Assembly: GCF_004010195.1 (NCBI RefSeq)
Contig: NC_057749.1
Span: 26,183,277-26,203,276, forward strand
Reading direction: 5' to 3'
DNA length: 20,000 nucleotides
From: Chiloscyllium plagiosum
Lineage: Eukaryota
Of this stretch, positions 1 through 11,193 are shown piece by piece (position 1 is the stretch's first letter; every line of letters begins with the position of its first letter). The translations under genes and the position numbers were made by a program. A model generated the notes under the pieces. The model did not search any database, was not told the DNA's origin, and saw only the letters and a program-made list of their open reading frames with translations.

Positions 1-302
1 TACTTACAGTGTGGAAACAGGCCCTTTGGCCCAACAAGCCCATACCGCCCCGCCGAAGCGCAACCCACCCATTCCCCTACATTTACCCCTTACCTAACAC
101 TACGGGCAATTTAGCATGGCCAATTCACCTGACGTGCACATCTTTTGGACTGTGGGAGGAAACCGGAGCACCCGGAGGAAACCCACGCAAACACGGGGAA
201 AACGTGCAAACTCCACACAGTCAGTCGCCTGAGGCGGGAATTGAACCCGGGTCTCCGGCGCTGTGAGGCAGCAGTGCTAACCACTGTGCCACCGTGCCGC
301 CC
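1..302 (-). mobile_element. HE1-type SINE (tRNA-derived V-SINE of elasmobranchs); 3' tail runs off the window edge
   Basis: Reverse complement starts GGGCGGCACGGTGGCACAGTGGTTAGCACTGCTGCC (A box), then GGTTCAATTCC (B box), the V-domain core GGGTGCTCCGGTTTCCTCCCACA, and a LINE-like tail GGGCCAAAGGGCCTGTTTCC. It is about 95% identical to 8525-8824 (about 14 differences counted by eye). Confidence 0.93.
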
Positions 303-530
303 AGTGCTGTTCATGTTCCACATGAGCCTCCTTCCATCCATTATCTAACTCCATCAGTATAACTTTTTATTTCTTTCTCTTTCACACACTTACTTAGATT
401 TCTTTTGCTATTATGTATGTTATATCTGTGCTATTCACCTCAACTTTCTCCTTTTAGCAGCTAGTTCCACATTCTCTCAACTACTGGGTTAAAGATATCC
501 TCTTGAATCCCCTACTAAATGAACTGATGA
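303..530 (-). mobile_element. Old CR1-type LINE 3' fragment (the HE1 at 1-302 abuts or inserted into it)
   Basis: ctattcacctcaact...gcagctagttccacattctctcaactactgggttaaagatatcctcttgaatcc is the antisense of the decayed CR1 ORF2 C-terminal FF-QRVV--WN motif region. Confidence 0.6.
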
Positions 531-1049
531 CTCTTTCTGTTACAGGGAAAGCAGCTTGCTACCTGGCAAGCATCTGGTAAATAATTAAGGCTTATTCTAT
601 TCCTGAGGTTCAAAACAATAGAGCAAATGGCATTAGGATTAACAAAATATACATTTTTTAAATTGAAGGAAATAATTAAGAGAAGACATTATATGTATCA
701 TATGAGAATTCCTGGATGTCAGTTTGATCCAGGGTAGTCTGATCTGCAGCAAGTATTTCAAATTCAAGAAGGTTCAGTTCAGAATTTCAGTAGGTTAAAT
801 TACAGATACTGTGACATATTCGGGCAACATACCTCAGCTCTTTGTACCAGGAGGCAGTCACACCTCTTGGAATATGTTTTCAGATTTGCTCAGTGTTCAG
901 GGATAGGAGAATGTGACTGCAAATGAGTCGGTAAGGGAATTTATAGAGTAGGAGCAGTCTTTGTCACAATTCAATAGGTTTGAGTTGCAACTATCAAACA
1001 ACACAACTGATGTAACTGCTCCAATTATACTGTAAGAGCAACACTAGAA

Positions 1050-1250
1050 TAAGTAAGACTTTCATTAGTAAAGCACCTTTCACAACCTTTCATAGCCAGA
1101 GTACTCCTGAAATGTAGTCACCATTGCTAATGTAAAAAATGAGGCAGCCAATTTGTTCATAATTAGTCCTCTGAAACAGCAGTATTTTTTCTGGCATTTT
1201 TTGAGGGATAAATATTGATCAGGACATGGGGGAGCTCTCAATGTTACTCC
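1050..1250 (-). mobile_element. Decayed DeuSINE (SacSINE1-like) 3' part
   Basis: Antisense Deu-domain motifs tgtagtcaccattgctaatgta, ggcagccaatttg and ttgagggataaatattgatcaggaca. Similar to 19035-19300 and to the reverse complement of 7330-7720. Confidence 0.7.
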
Positions 1251-1544
1251 CAATGGCTCAGGATAATGTGGAAACCCATAAATAGCAAACTCCATGGAAA
1301 TTGCCTAGGAAATTAAAGATTCTGATGGACAAGCCCCCGTGTCTGGAAGAATCCATTAAAGTCAGAGAAATCAGAGGATTCCACTTTAGGAGAAATTGGA
1401 GGAGGAAAGAGAAACCTTGTCCAGCTCCTGGATAACTATTAAACTGACCCTCAATTTACCAGGGTCCCACCAACTTCTTACCAGGACCTGTCAACCCAAT
1501 GTGATTTCACCTCATACTACTCCCCACCTGTGAGATGATAGTCA

Positions 1545-1740
1545 AACTCTCAGACCTGATCAATCTAACCTACCTCCATCAGACTGAACATACACCTTAA
1601 CATTCCAGACTCGACACCTTGCTCTCCCTGCCAGACCCAACAGCCCCACCCTCACCAGACCTGACAGCCTCTCTCCCAGTCAGATTTCACAAAGCCTCAC
1701 CCCAACCCAACTTGTCAAATATGATAGCCTGGTTTCCCCT
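1545..1740 (+). repeat. Decayed C-rich minisatellite, period about 25 bp
   Basis: CAGAC/CAGAT anchors at 1551, 1580, 1606, 1632, 1656 and 1681 (spacing 24-29 bp), with units resembling ccagacctgacagcctcnccc. Confidence 0.55.
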
Positions 1741-3459
1741 TCCCTAGAATAGGCACAACCCAGCTTGAAAAGGTAGAGAGAGTCTTGAGTTAAATGTTTT
1801 GCTTTAATTTACTAGATTTATAAAAACAAATGTACAAACTTCTGACACAGAGAAAGAATCGCTGCTTACATGAAGATGTGCATATCAGTCAGGTGTTTAG
1901 CTCTTGAATCTATAACAACTAAGGGGATTTTGCTTCCAGTGTGATAAATAAGACATGGGACCTGAATGAAAGATCAGGTTAAATATCCCAAAGACGTCGA
2001 AAACTGTCATCAAACAAGAGAAACAACAGAATTCTTGGTCCATTTGATGCAAGTTTGAATGCATGAATTCTTGTTATGGAGTTCAAGCAAATTACAAGCT
2101 ATGTTAGCCAGCAGCTATCCATAGTTGAATGAATGTTGAAGGTTTATTAAACTCAGTGACTCCCTCCAAACTTGGATTGGAACTAATCAGGAATCAGGCG
2201 TCCACCAGCTTGATGTCTCCAAATTAAATAGCTTGATTGTGTTAAGAGTCTTACAAATTGATTACCATTTAACAAAATGAATGATTGTTGGTATATGTGA
2301 CAGTGCGTAGGCAGCATGGGTTCTCCCACCCCAAAGACTGCATTTATAAAATCGCAGTTTTAATCCATTGTAATATAGTAATAAACTTATAGCAATTTTG
2401 TTAACGTGGTACTTTTCCAGTATGACACAAACATTATTGCACTACAAGGCCAATCCTTTCAAAGATACTTGTGGACTCGTAGGGAAAGATCAGGGGATGA
2501 ATTCAAGAGAGCTGGCACAGTTATGAAGACCAAACCGCCTGTTTCTGTCTGCAGCGTTCTCTTTCAGATGCCTGCATTTGAAAAGTTAATCTCCCTTAAA
2601 AACAAACCTTCGTAGCTGGCTTAAATTTAAGTCACAGAAGGCCACACAAATTAAGCATTTACCTGAAGACAGACAATTCAAATATCAGTACATGTAAAGG
2701 AAGTTCAGCAGCTGATGCAATTATAAGGTCTGACTGGCACAGACAGAATGGTGTCAAATGGACCATATTTTAAAATTGAGCAAGCCAGTTTATTGAATCA
2801 ACTGAAAGAATTGTAGTTTAATACCAAAGAGGGAATGGCCTTTCTGGGCAGATGTCTGTCACAATAATCCCATCTCAATGCACAGAAATCTGCTAGAAAA
2901 TAAAGCTAGTTGCTCCTGATGTCAAGGATGACTTCCCTGGACTTCTCAAGCAATTTTGTCAAATTTCTCACCACAGCCTATGGTCATTCAAGGCATGATA
3001 ACATTCTGCCTATGGCTTCCATCTGGTTTGTCTTGATCTTCCAACATTTACATGGTAATTGACACATTAGTGAAACATTATTCACATCAATTCTGCAGTG
3101 ACAATGGATACTAGGCTTCATTTGTGGGGATGCAACTGTAGTCCTAATCACCTCATTTAAAACTCAACTGCTCAACTAAAGAAATTAATATCTGGCTTTA
3201 ATGATTGAAAACATTTCACTCGAGGTCCGGGATAACTGCTCGACTCTAGGTTGGCCATGAGTTTGAAAATGTGTCTGGAAACATGAACACCAGTGCAGAC
3301 TTCAGAAACCCACAACTGTATTTCTAGTTGTGGTGGTCAGGAATGCAAAAGCAACAAAGAGACCTCAAGACCAACAGCACACCTGGAGATGTTGGAGGTG
3401 AAAATGAACAAAACATTCTTTGCCCTGTCTTAAGCCTACAGATTGCCCAAATGGCAATA

Positions 3460-3598
3460 GAACATCATAAGAAATAGGAACCGGAGTAAACCATTCAGCA
3501 TCTTGAGCCTGATCCACCATTCAATAAGATTGTGGCTGACCCGATATTCCTCACATTCATTTTCCTGCCTTTACCCTGTGCTCTTGATTTCCCTACTC
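3460..3598 (-). mobile_element. CR1-type LINE 3' end (short, 5'-truncated)
   Basis: cataagaaataggaaccggagtaaaccattcagcatcttgagcctgatccaccattcaataagattgtggctga matches the antisense of the 3' UTR seen at 12430-12507 and 13855-13940. Confidence 0.8.
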
Positions 3599-3602
3599 AT
3601 TT

Positions 3603-4325
3603 ACTAGGAAGCTCAGAGGAACAGAGGGATCTTGAGATGCTTGTCTACAGATCCCTGAAGGCAGCAGAACAGGTTAAGAAGAAGTTAAGACATAAGGGAC
3701 AGTTGCCTTTCTCTGTCATAGCATAGATTGTAGGAGCAGGGATGGGCTACATAGGAAACATATGTACAGAACTATAGCTAAGCCATAGCTGGAGTACTGT
3801 GTGCAGTTCTGATCTTCGCACTACAGAAAGGGTATGATTGCACTAGAGGGGATGCAAAGGATATTCACCAAGCTGTGGCCTCGAATAGAGCATTTCAGGT
3901 ACAAAGAAAGGCTGGATAAGCTCAGATTGTTTTCTTTAGAGCAAGAAAGGTTGAGGAAGGATCCTCAAGAGGTGTAAAAGATTATGCGGTGCATGGACAA
4001 GGTGGATAGAAAGCATCTGTTCCCCTTATTCAGAGGGTCAATAACAAGGAAACATTTTTAAAGTAAAAGGCAGTAGCTTTAGAGGGGATTGGAGGAAAAA
4101 CCTTTTCACCTAGAGTTTGGCGAGGGGTCTTGAATGTACTGCCTAGTAGCTAGTTGAGGCAGGAAACCTCACGTTTTTAAAGTACTTGGATAAGCACTTC
4201 AAATTTCATAATTTTCAAGACCATGGGCCTAATGCAGTAAAATGAGATTATTGCAAGTATATTTTTGGTAGTAGCAACTCAATGGGCCAAAAGGCCTCTT
4301 CATAATATATGATTCTCTGATTCTA
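3603..4325 (+). mobile_element. Decayed CR1/HER1-type LINE, 3' portion of ORF2 plus tail
   Basis: EEQRDL-like coding (gaggaacagagggatcttg), ctggagtactgtgtgcagttctg (LEYCVQFW), gaggaaaaaccttttcacc, and tail gggccaaaaggcct...gattctctgattcta. Contains frameshifts and stops. Confidence 0.88.
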
Positions 4326-4334
4326 TATTGATAT

Positions 4335-5300
4335 TGATGATATTGAAGTAGTGACTGTCCTAAGGGGAAGGAAGAGAAAAGGAGATGAAGAGACAATGGA
4401 AATGGACAATAAGAACGTGTTTGAAAAACGGGTTTTGAGAAATGTTTGAAGAATGAATGAATACCCATGGAGTTAGAGAAGGGTTTCAATAGAATAAGGT
4501 GAGGGTAGCTGGCAACTCTGCAACAATGTTGAGGCAAAGGGCTAAAGAATGTACAAAAGGACAGGACTAAAGAAAGAATATGGAAAATGACATAAAACTG
4601 GATGCAAGTGCACAGCATATGCGGCATAAGAATCTTAAGTTTGATGTGTGCAGAACAGGGAATTAATGTAGCTTTCCAAGGGCAGGAACAAGCGATAAAC
4701 ACGATGGCACAAAGAATACCAAAATTTTGAATCAGTGAGCATCTACAAAGTCTCGAGCTTATGAAGTTAGTGAGGAAAACACTGGTCCGGTGGAAGATGT
4801 GTTGAAACAAAATCCTGTATATAGGCTTTATTTCTTAATGATGAGTAAGCTCAGCTGTGGGTTGAAGAAGATAGTAACACACTTAACGGTCTTTTCCAAC
4901 CAAAGTATGGTCGGAAGAAGGGTGGAATTAGAAGTAAAGGAGTGAAATTTAAAGTGCCTCAAATGTCACAATATTGATCATCCTGCTTTTAATTCCAATG
5001 TGTTCTGTTGACAAGAGATTCAGAATGTCAGTATACATACGAAAAATTACTTAGTGTCTACAGATGCCATCAATGAAGGGCACTGATGAGAAAGTGGAGC
5101 ATGTATATGATAGATCTGTGTGTGTAGCTCAAAGCTACAATGCGAGATTGGAGGAAGATGGAGATCTTGTTGGATGAATTAAAATGATACTCCATAAAAA
5201 TAGTATTACAAAGTAAGGCAAGTGGACAGGCAGCAAAGAATTATATTGTTGAACACACCCGACTCTGCAGACAGTTGAGGAAGGAATACTACAGTATTCT
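4335..5300 (-). mobile_element. Old, highly diverged L2-type LINE fragment
   Basis: Purine-rich plus strand with antisense L2-like motifs (gggttttgagaaatgtttgaag; aagaatcttaagtttgatg...acagggaattaatgtag). A decayed F-MYADD-like motif (TTTCGTATGTATACTGAC) lies on the minus strand near 5027-5044. Boundaries are approximate. Confidence 0.55.
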
Positions 5301-7329
5301 TTTTAAAAACAAAAATCACTAACTGTATTATTAGTGGTCTGTTATAAATAATTTAGTTTCAAAGGCTACACCATAATTAAAATTTTATGCAGTAGTAAAA
5401 AAACACATGCCAGAGAAATGGAAAAGAAGAAATGATGCAAAGCCAAAAATAAAGAACTGACAGGAATAATTAGCAAAACTAGAAAATTACATTGCAAAAA
5501 AAAAAAGGAAGGAATGAAGAGACTGATAAATGAAGCCAAATGATAGGAGATGTTAGTAAAAGGAAATGAGAACTGAAATGGGGAAGGAAACAGTAAAATA
5601 AATAGTGCAAAAACACAAAAGGTAGTTTCTGCCAAAAGTACAATCCATTACTTTAGATTGCAATCTAAGGAATACAAGCTGACAGGCTGCAAAAAACCTT
5701 TATACCTTTACAAAATGGACAAGGTTTTAGCAAATTATCTCAGCGTACAGTAAAAGAGAAAACTTCAGTTGTGGTAACTAATAGCTTATTATTGGAACAA
5801 AGCTCTGAAATGAAAGAGAACCTGAGACCTGATCCAATTGAGAACTAGATTTGTGTAGCCAACAGCTGAAGACCTTAAGGATAAGTTCCAAAATATCTCT
5901 GCTGGTATGGCTGCGATGATTGTTTTCAAACTACCACAAAGGTGGGTCAATTAAATAAGTTGTGTTAAAGTGAACTGCAGTTTCATACCGTCTCAAAAAG
6001 AACTGTGTGGCTAATTTGCACAAATATTCAGCCCTGAAAACCTTTTAGTTATATATTTGCTTTCATAGCAAGTGGCAATAAACCAGTACACTTACAATGG
6101 AAAATATCCCAAAGTATTGGTGGAGGAAAACAAACATTAAATTTAAATTGTTGCTTTGGAGGCACTATTCTGTTCCACCAAATAAACTGAGTCCCTAAAC
6201 ACAGAGGAGAGGAAAAAGGAAAGAAACCAGCTACACCAGATTTCTACCATTTCCTGTAATTTTCACAGGAATCCCATAAAGTTGCACAGCATTTAAACTC
6301 CACGAAAGTGCAGCCAAGAGGCAACACTGGTTTAGTGGGGCCTGCACCTCATAATCCTGTAACTGATCTGAGGTACAGGGATTCAAATTTCTGTATTGAA
6401 ATTTTCTGAACTTTGATTTCTTTTAAAATATTTAGAGAACCCCAAAGCCATCTGTTCTTATTGCTTCTGGTAAACAGGTTGAATTTCTGCCCAAATATCA
6501 GGCCTAAAAGCCCTAATGTACCCAAAGGAAAGAAAGCATTATGTTTGTGTTTATAAATGACATGGTCTATTGATCTCAAGACAGGAACTTATAGATAACA
6601 AGAATGTAATTTGTTACCAATCAGAAAAACAAGTTCCATCTAGAGCTTAACGGTAAGAATAGATAAACTATGTTTCATCTCAAAGCAACAAAAGCAGCGG
6701 TTAGTTGTTTGGATAAAGTTAAGAAGATACAAATCAGACAGCTGAACAGTAATTCAGACAATAGCATAGATACAGATTTTACACCAAATTTCCAATATAT
6801 TTCAGAACAGAATATTGGAATTGAAAAGCTGCTTAAATTTAGTAATATTTCAATAAGTATATTTTGGAAGCAATATTCCATAAACTTAAATGGCAAAATG
6901 ATTTAGTACACTACTCTTCCCTTGGAAGATTACATTTTTTAACATTAAAAAGGTGATTTAGATCGAGCAACAAAAATAAATTCAGATACAAGCTCTTATT
7001 GTCCGAAACATGAAAATAAAAAAAAACAGGGCTGTTTGGGAGGAAAAAAAGTATTTACTGAACAATCTCCAAAGAACAGTTGTTCAAAAGTGTTCATCTT
7101 GTCCCCAGAAGTAAAATTTGAGTAATTTATTTTCAAGGAACAAGATACTTAGGGAGAAGAGAAGATTACATTAAGCTTACTGCAACATTTAATTTACTGA
7201 CAAGTAAATTTATTCTTTCCAGTACAACCATTTTGAAAAGAAATCTGGATTGAGAGGATGTTGTTGTAAAGTCTGTTGTTAATTGCATATTTACAGATTT
7301 TCATTCTGCTAAATGCATGATAACTATGA

Positions 7330-7720
7330 TACAGTACTCTTGCCTATGAGTTAAAAGCTTGTGGGTCCAAGTCCCATGTCCAGAATCAGAAAGTACAAAA
7401 TGTCCAGAAAGTACAAAATCAAAGCAACGCCATATTTCAGAGGAGACATTAAAGCTGAGATCCTGTCTGCTTTCTAGGTCACATCAAAGATTCTGTACCA
7501 CAATTTTCAAGTGAGCAAAGGAGTTAATTGTTTTTTTTGTAAATAACATCATTTAATCAACATCACAAATAAAGGTTATCTGGTTTCTGCATTTTGTGAG
7601 AGCTTGCTAAGCATAAATTGATAGCCTGACTTCCAAAATTGCATCATTGACTACACTTCAAAACATTCTCTGGAGCATACTGACCTCAGGTAATGTGCCA
7701 TGTATATGCAAGTCTTTTTT
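7330..7720 (+). mobile_element. DeuSINE (SacSINE1-like), near full length with an internal deletion
   Basis: tRNA-like head actcttgcctatgagttaaaagcttgtgggtccaagtccca; Deu-like core gagacattaaagctgagatcctgtctgc...caacatcac...ttgtgagagcttgct...gactacacttcaaa; end tatatgcaagtcttttt. A small tandem duplication, cagaaagtacaaaat, occurs at 7387 and 7405. Confidence 0.75.
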
Positions 7721-7786
7721 GCTTCAAATTTAGGAAAGAAACCTACTAACAACCTCAACTGGGAAAAACTGATCAAGTTAACTTAC

Positions 7787-7915
7787 CAATAAATTATCAC
7801 AGATTCCAGTGGCTATTTTTCCTAGCGTATTGGCATCCAAAGGTGCTATCACCATTAGATCTGCCCATCTCCTCAAATCTATATGTAGGACAGGATCTGA
7901 CCTCTGCTTCCACAT
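7787..7915 (-). CDS. PPCDC: PPCDC internal coding exon (129 nt, phase 0/0), containing the catalytic His motif (VLHIDLRRW) and the PLDANTL motif
   Basis: Minus strand reads ttttgctccctttag|ATGTGGAAGCAG...GATAATTTATTG|gtaagt. It translates to [43 protein letters not shown], close to recalled human [47 protein letters not shown]. Confidence 0.97.
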
Positions 7916-8524
7916 CTAAAGGGAGCAAAATAGATCACAAATAATCAGTACTGTACAGTAATTGCCAAAACACAGCATGGAGCTAAGTATATTTGCTTTT
8001 ATTACGGTCATTCAGTGAAGAATATCACAGCCAAGTTAAGGTACGATGAGTATGAGGGAGTGCACAATATTATTTGGAGCGGGGGCAGCAGATCGCAAGT
8101 GGACCAAAACTGCGTAGAATTTCAGAATGGCGCAGCCCCACCTTGAATGAAAGACCTGGTGATGATACAGATGAGGATAATTATCCTTCATATCCTTCTG
8201 TACCTCCCTCAATTACGAAATAACAAACAGAAACAAAATAATGAAAATAATTCTAATTATTCATATTGTATATGCAGAAAATTTGGGTGGACAAAAACAC
8301 CACTACTTGTGGACTCTGAACTACTTTACAATTAGCGTCAAATCTGATGAAATCATGGACAGTCACCATCTGAACAGTTCTCATAGGACATCCAGATTAG
8401 CACTCATGAACATTTACACAAAACGCAATCTGTGGGAGGCCTTGTTGCCTGCTCAAGTTCCATATTAAGTAAGAAATGAAGCCAGTATTATAGCAGGAGA
8501 GAAGAGAGAGAAGAACACGGTGGT

Positions 8525-8842
8525 GGGCGGCACGGTGACACAGTGGTTAGCACTGCTGCCTCACAGCGCCAGAGACCCGGGTTCAATTCCCGCCTCAGGC
8601 GACTGACTGTGTGGAGTTTGCACGTTCTCCCCGTGTCTGTGTGGTTTCCTCCGGGTGCTCCGGTTTCCTCCCACAGTCCAAAGATGTGCAGGTCAGGTGA
8701 ATTGGCCATGCTAAATTGCCCATAGTGGTAGGTAAGGGGTAAATGTAGGGGTATGGGTGGGTTGCGCTTCGGCGGGGCGGTGTGGACTTGTTGGGCCGAA
8801 GGGCCTGTTTCCACACTGTAAGTAATCTAATCTAAAAAAAAA
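8525..8842 (+). mobile_element. Full-length HE1-type SINE with (TAATC)n/poly-A tail
   Basis: GGGCGGCACGGTGACACAGTGGTTAGC head, B box GGTTCAATTCC, V-domain, and tail GGGCCGAAGGGCCTGTTTCCACACTGTAAGTAATCTAATCTAAAAAAAAA. Confidence 0.95.
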
Positions 8843-10222
8843 CAGGACTAGACAGGCTATGTTTTATTCCCTAACCACTGCTGACATTGTCTAGCAATGT
8901 AAGTAAGGAGTGTTGATAGATGAAAAACTAACAATACTCCCAGAAAAGCTGTGGGCTATTCAGTACATACGAGAATTGTGAGGAACATCCCAGAGTCTCA
9001 GTTGCCAGACATAGCATTTAGTTACTTATGATTAAGCAAGAAAGATTTCTTTGAATGTAAGTTCATCCTTTTTCATAGATTTTATCTAGTTGTTGTTACT
9101 GAAGGTTAGACAGTTTAACAAAATCAATTGTGATGAAAATAATTCTAAAACAATCAAAATTGTAAATTAAGATGTGTTTCCTATCATCTTTCACTCACTA
9201 GGTTAAACAACCAAATGAATAAAACATATTCACTTTGAAAATGGAGGCAAAATAGTGGGATTTTTTTTCCCCCATTTCATATCACATTGCTCCTCGTAGA
9301 AAACTGGCTCTGTCAAGAGAGGAAAATGTTATTGCTTGTGAAATGATGACATTAGTACGTGATGACACATGTTTCAAATTCAGATGCATCAGAGGTACAT
9401 GATTGGGAATAGTCACTGCCTTAATGGGGTTGGACGTCTTATTCCATGGAAGTGATCGGAGACTGTCCTGCGTCTACTGCAACAACATGACCCCAGAATG
9501 TAATAATCACAGTCTTGTGTAATTTGTATTCAGTAGTTGTATATGTCCTGAATTTAACAGGCATACTTAACAAAACTTTAGTGTGACAAGATGATCATGC
9601 TGCTTTATTTAGAAATCAGCTATGATCATGTTCCACTATTGCAATACTAAACTCATGAAGTAATAATAAAAAAGTCAGTATATGGCGACCTCACTTCAGA
9701 GTATTTGAGATAAAGTCAATTCTCACACTTAACTTTCCTATTTTCCGTCCATTTTGACCACATTTCTTTTAAATTTAAAGAAATCCCTGAGAGTGGTATC
9801 AATTTTTAAATCAACACTAACGACCTTACTTTCCCCCAGAACAGAATCCACTAGGCCGAGTGAAGCAAAAGTGAACAGATCTGCTGTAAAAACACCAAGT
9901 GTAAATTATCACAAATTTCAAAATAACTTTCACTGTCTTCAGCACGTGGTTGGGATGCCCCATTTAATTTGCAAATCACAAGCACTTCACTGATAGCTTA
10001 CGAATGTATTACATCAAAGACCCCAAGTTAAAATGTAGTCTGAAATTCCAAAATATGACAGAAAAACAGAGATCATCTAGAATTATAACACATATTAATG
10101 ATGTTCTATTCATGTATTTACAGAATTATTTACCTAAGAAAAATGCAATTTGAATACAAACTGAGCTATTTAACTCATTTCACTTGCTTTATTTCTTAAA
10201 CAATGAATATAGAATATGTTAC

Positions 10223-10318
10223 CTCCCATTCATCTGAATCACTATATATTTTAGCAGAGACATCTTTGGAGTCATAAAAGTGTTTGGCATGTTCTGTGGT
10301 CACCACTATTAATTCAAC
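10223..10318 (-). CDS. PPCDC: PPCDC internal coding exon (96 nt, phase 0/0), immediately upstream of the 7787-7915 exon
   Basis: Minus strand reads tttattttatag|GTTGAATTAATA...GATGAATGGGAG|gtaaca. It translates to VELIVVTTEHAKHFYDSKDVSAKIYSDSDEWE (human LEVAVVTTERAKHFYSPQDIPVTLYSDADEWE) and splices in frame to the next exon (...DEWE/MWKQ...). Confidence 0.95.
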
Positions 10319-10759
10319 CTATAAAATAAAGAAACACAGTGAAACATACATTATTGTACAGAGTTGTACTGCAATAGAAAGAAAGACCACAAGTAATTGG
10401 TTCTATGGTAAATAATTGGGGTTTCACTTCAAGACCAATGAACCTATGTTGGCATATATTCCATCGCAGGAGCTAGTACGAGTCGCTTTCAGAGTGGTTT
10501 TGCACAGGAAGAACATGTATTTACCATGCTTCTTTAATAGAAGACTGTAATTGACAGTACCAAGATTGCTAAGATAAATCTTATTCACAAACACTATAAT
10601 TGGAATTGGCTTACTTAGCCTCCTTGAAAACACAGCATTGTCAAGAGACAGAAGTATATTTATTTCTTTCAAAAAAAAAATCCACTTCACCAACCAATAT
10701 TTTTACAATTGTGTTTTTGCTTTAAGTGAAAATTACTAACTCTCTGCTGGGTTGGAAAA

Positions 10760-10850
10760 ACATAGTGGTTATGCTGTGACTAATACTCCAGAAGCATGGA
10801 CTAATGACCTGTATGAGTTCAAATTCCAGTTAAACAACTGGAGATAATGA
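10760..10850 (+). mobile_element. Decayed head of a tRNA-derived shark SINE (same family as 19310-19532)
   Basis: gtggttatgctgtgactaatactccagaagcatggactaatgacc...gagttcaaattcca has an A/B-box-like layout and resembles the reverse complement of 19441-19530. Confidence 0.45.
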
Positions 10851-11193
10851 AGTAGCACATACTAAAAGCAAAACGTTACATTAGATTTCAGGGTCTGAGA
10901 AAATTCAGTGAAACAAGTGACAGCTTTATCTTAGCACGTAGCCGTCCTCCCTCTTGCCACACATTATTTTTCCCACAGCTGTTATCTTACTGATCTCCAG
11001 ATGGCATGAAAAGTTGCAAGAATATTGCTTTACCACCTCAGCAGTAGAAATAAAAAGCACTTTATTATCACAGATCAAGCACATTTCCACTGTAACTGTG
11101 AGATCTTTGCCACAGGCGAAGAGCGATTCAGAATTGCACAGCTCAACATGTTCAAGTACAGCACTTGCCACAGTGAAAATATACTGAGAGTGT

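Noticed and set aside
9..348. Near-duplicate ORFs (MWKQAL..., also 8488-8816) as a small gene family
   Set aside because: They are chance frames in the two HE1 SINE copies. The MWKQ start shared with the PPCDC exon is coincidental.
4229..4810. 193-aa hydrophobic ORF, and 5366-5635
   Set aside because: They lie in decayed L2/CR1 sequence or an A-rich low-complexity tract. There is no recognisable domain, and the composition explains the Phe/Leu richness.
8512..8524. TSD for the 8525 HE1 copy
   Set aside because: There is only a loose match (aagaacacgg versus aaaaacagg) plus a short cacggtg echo of the head, which is not convincing.
8525..8600. tRNA gene (also 230-302 on the minus strand)
   Set aside because: The A/B boxes continue directly into the SINE body and LINE-like tail, so these are SINE heads, not tRNAs.
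9338..9400. C/D snoRNA suggested by ATGATGA/GTGATGA
   Set aside because: The C-box-like motifs are antisense to the host gene, and there is no suitably placed CTGA D box or terminal stem.
10424..11187. ORFs at 10424-10693, 10926-11171 and 10954-11187 as the missing N-terminal PPCDC exon
   Set aside because: None contains the GVTGSVAA/KLP motif or matching splice phases.
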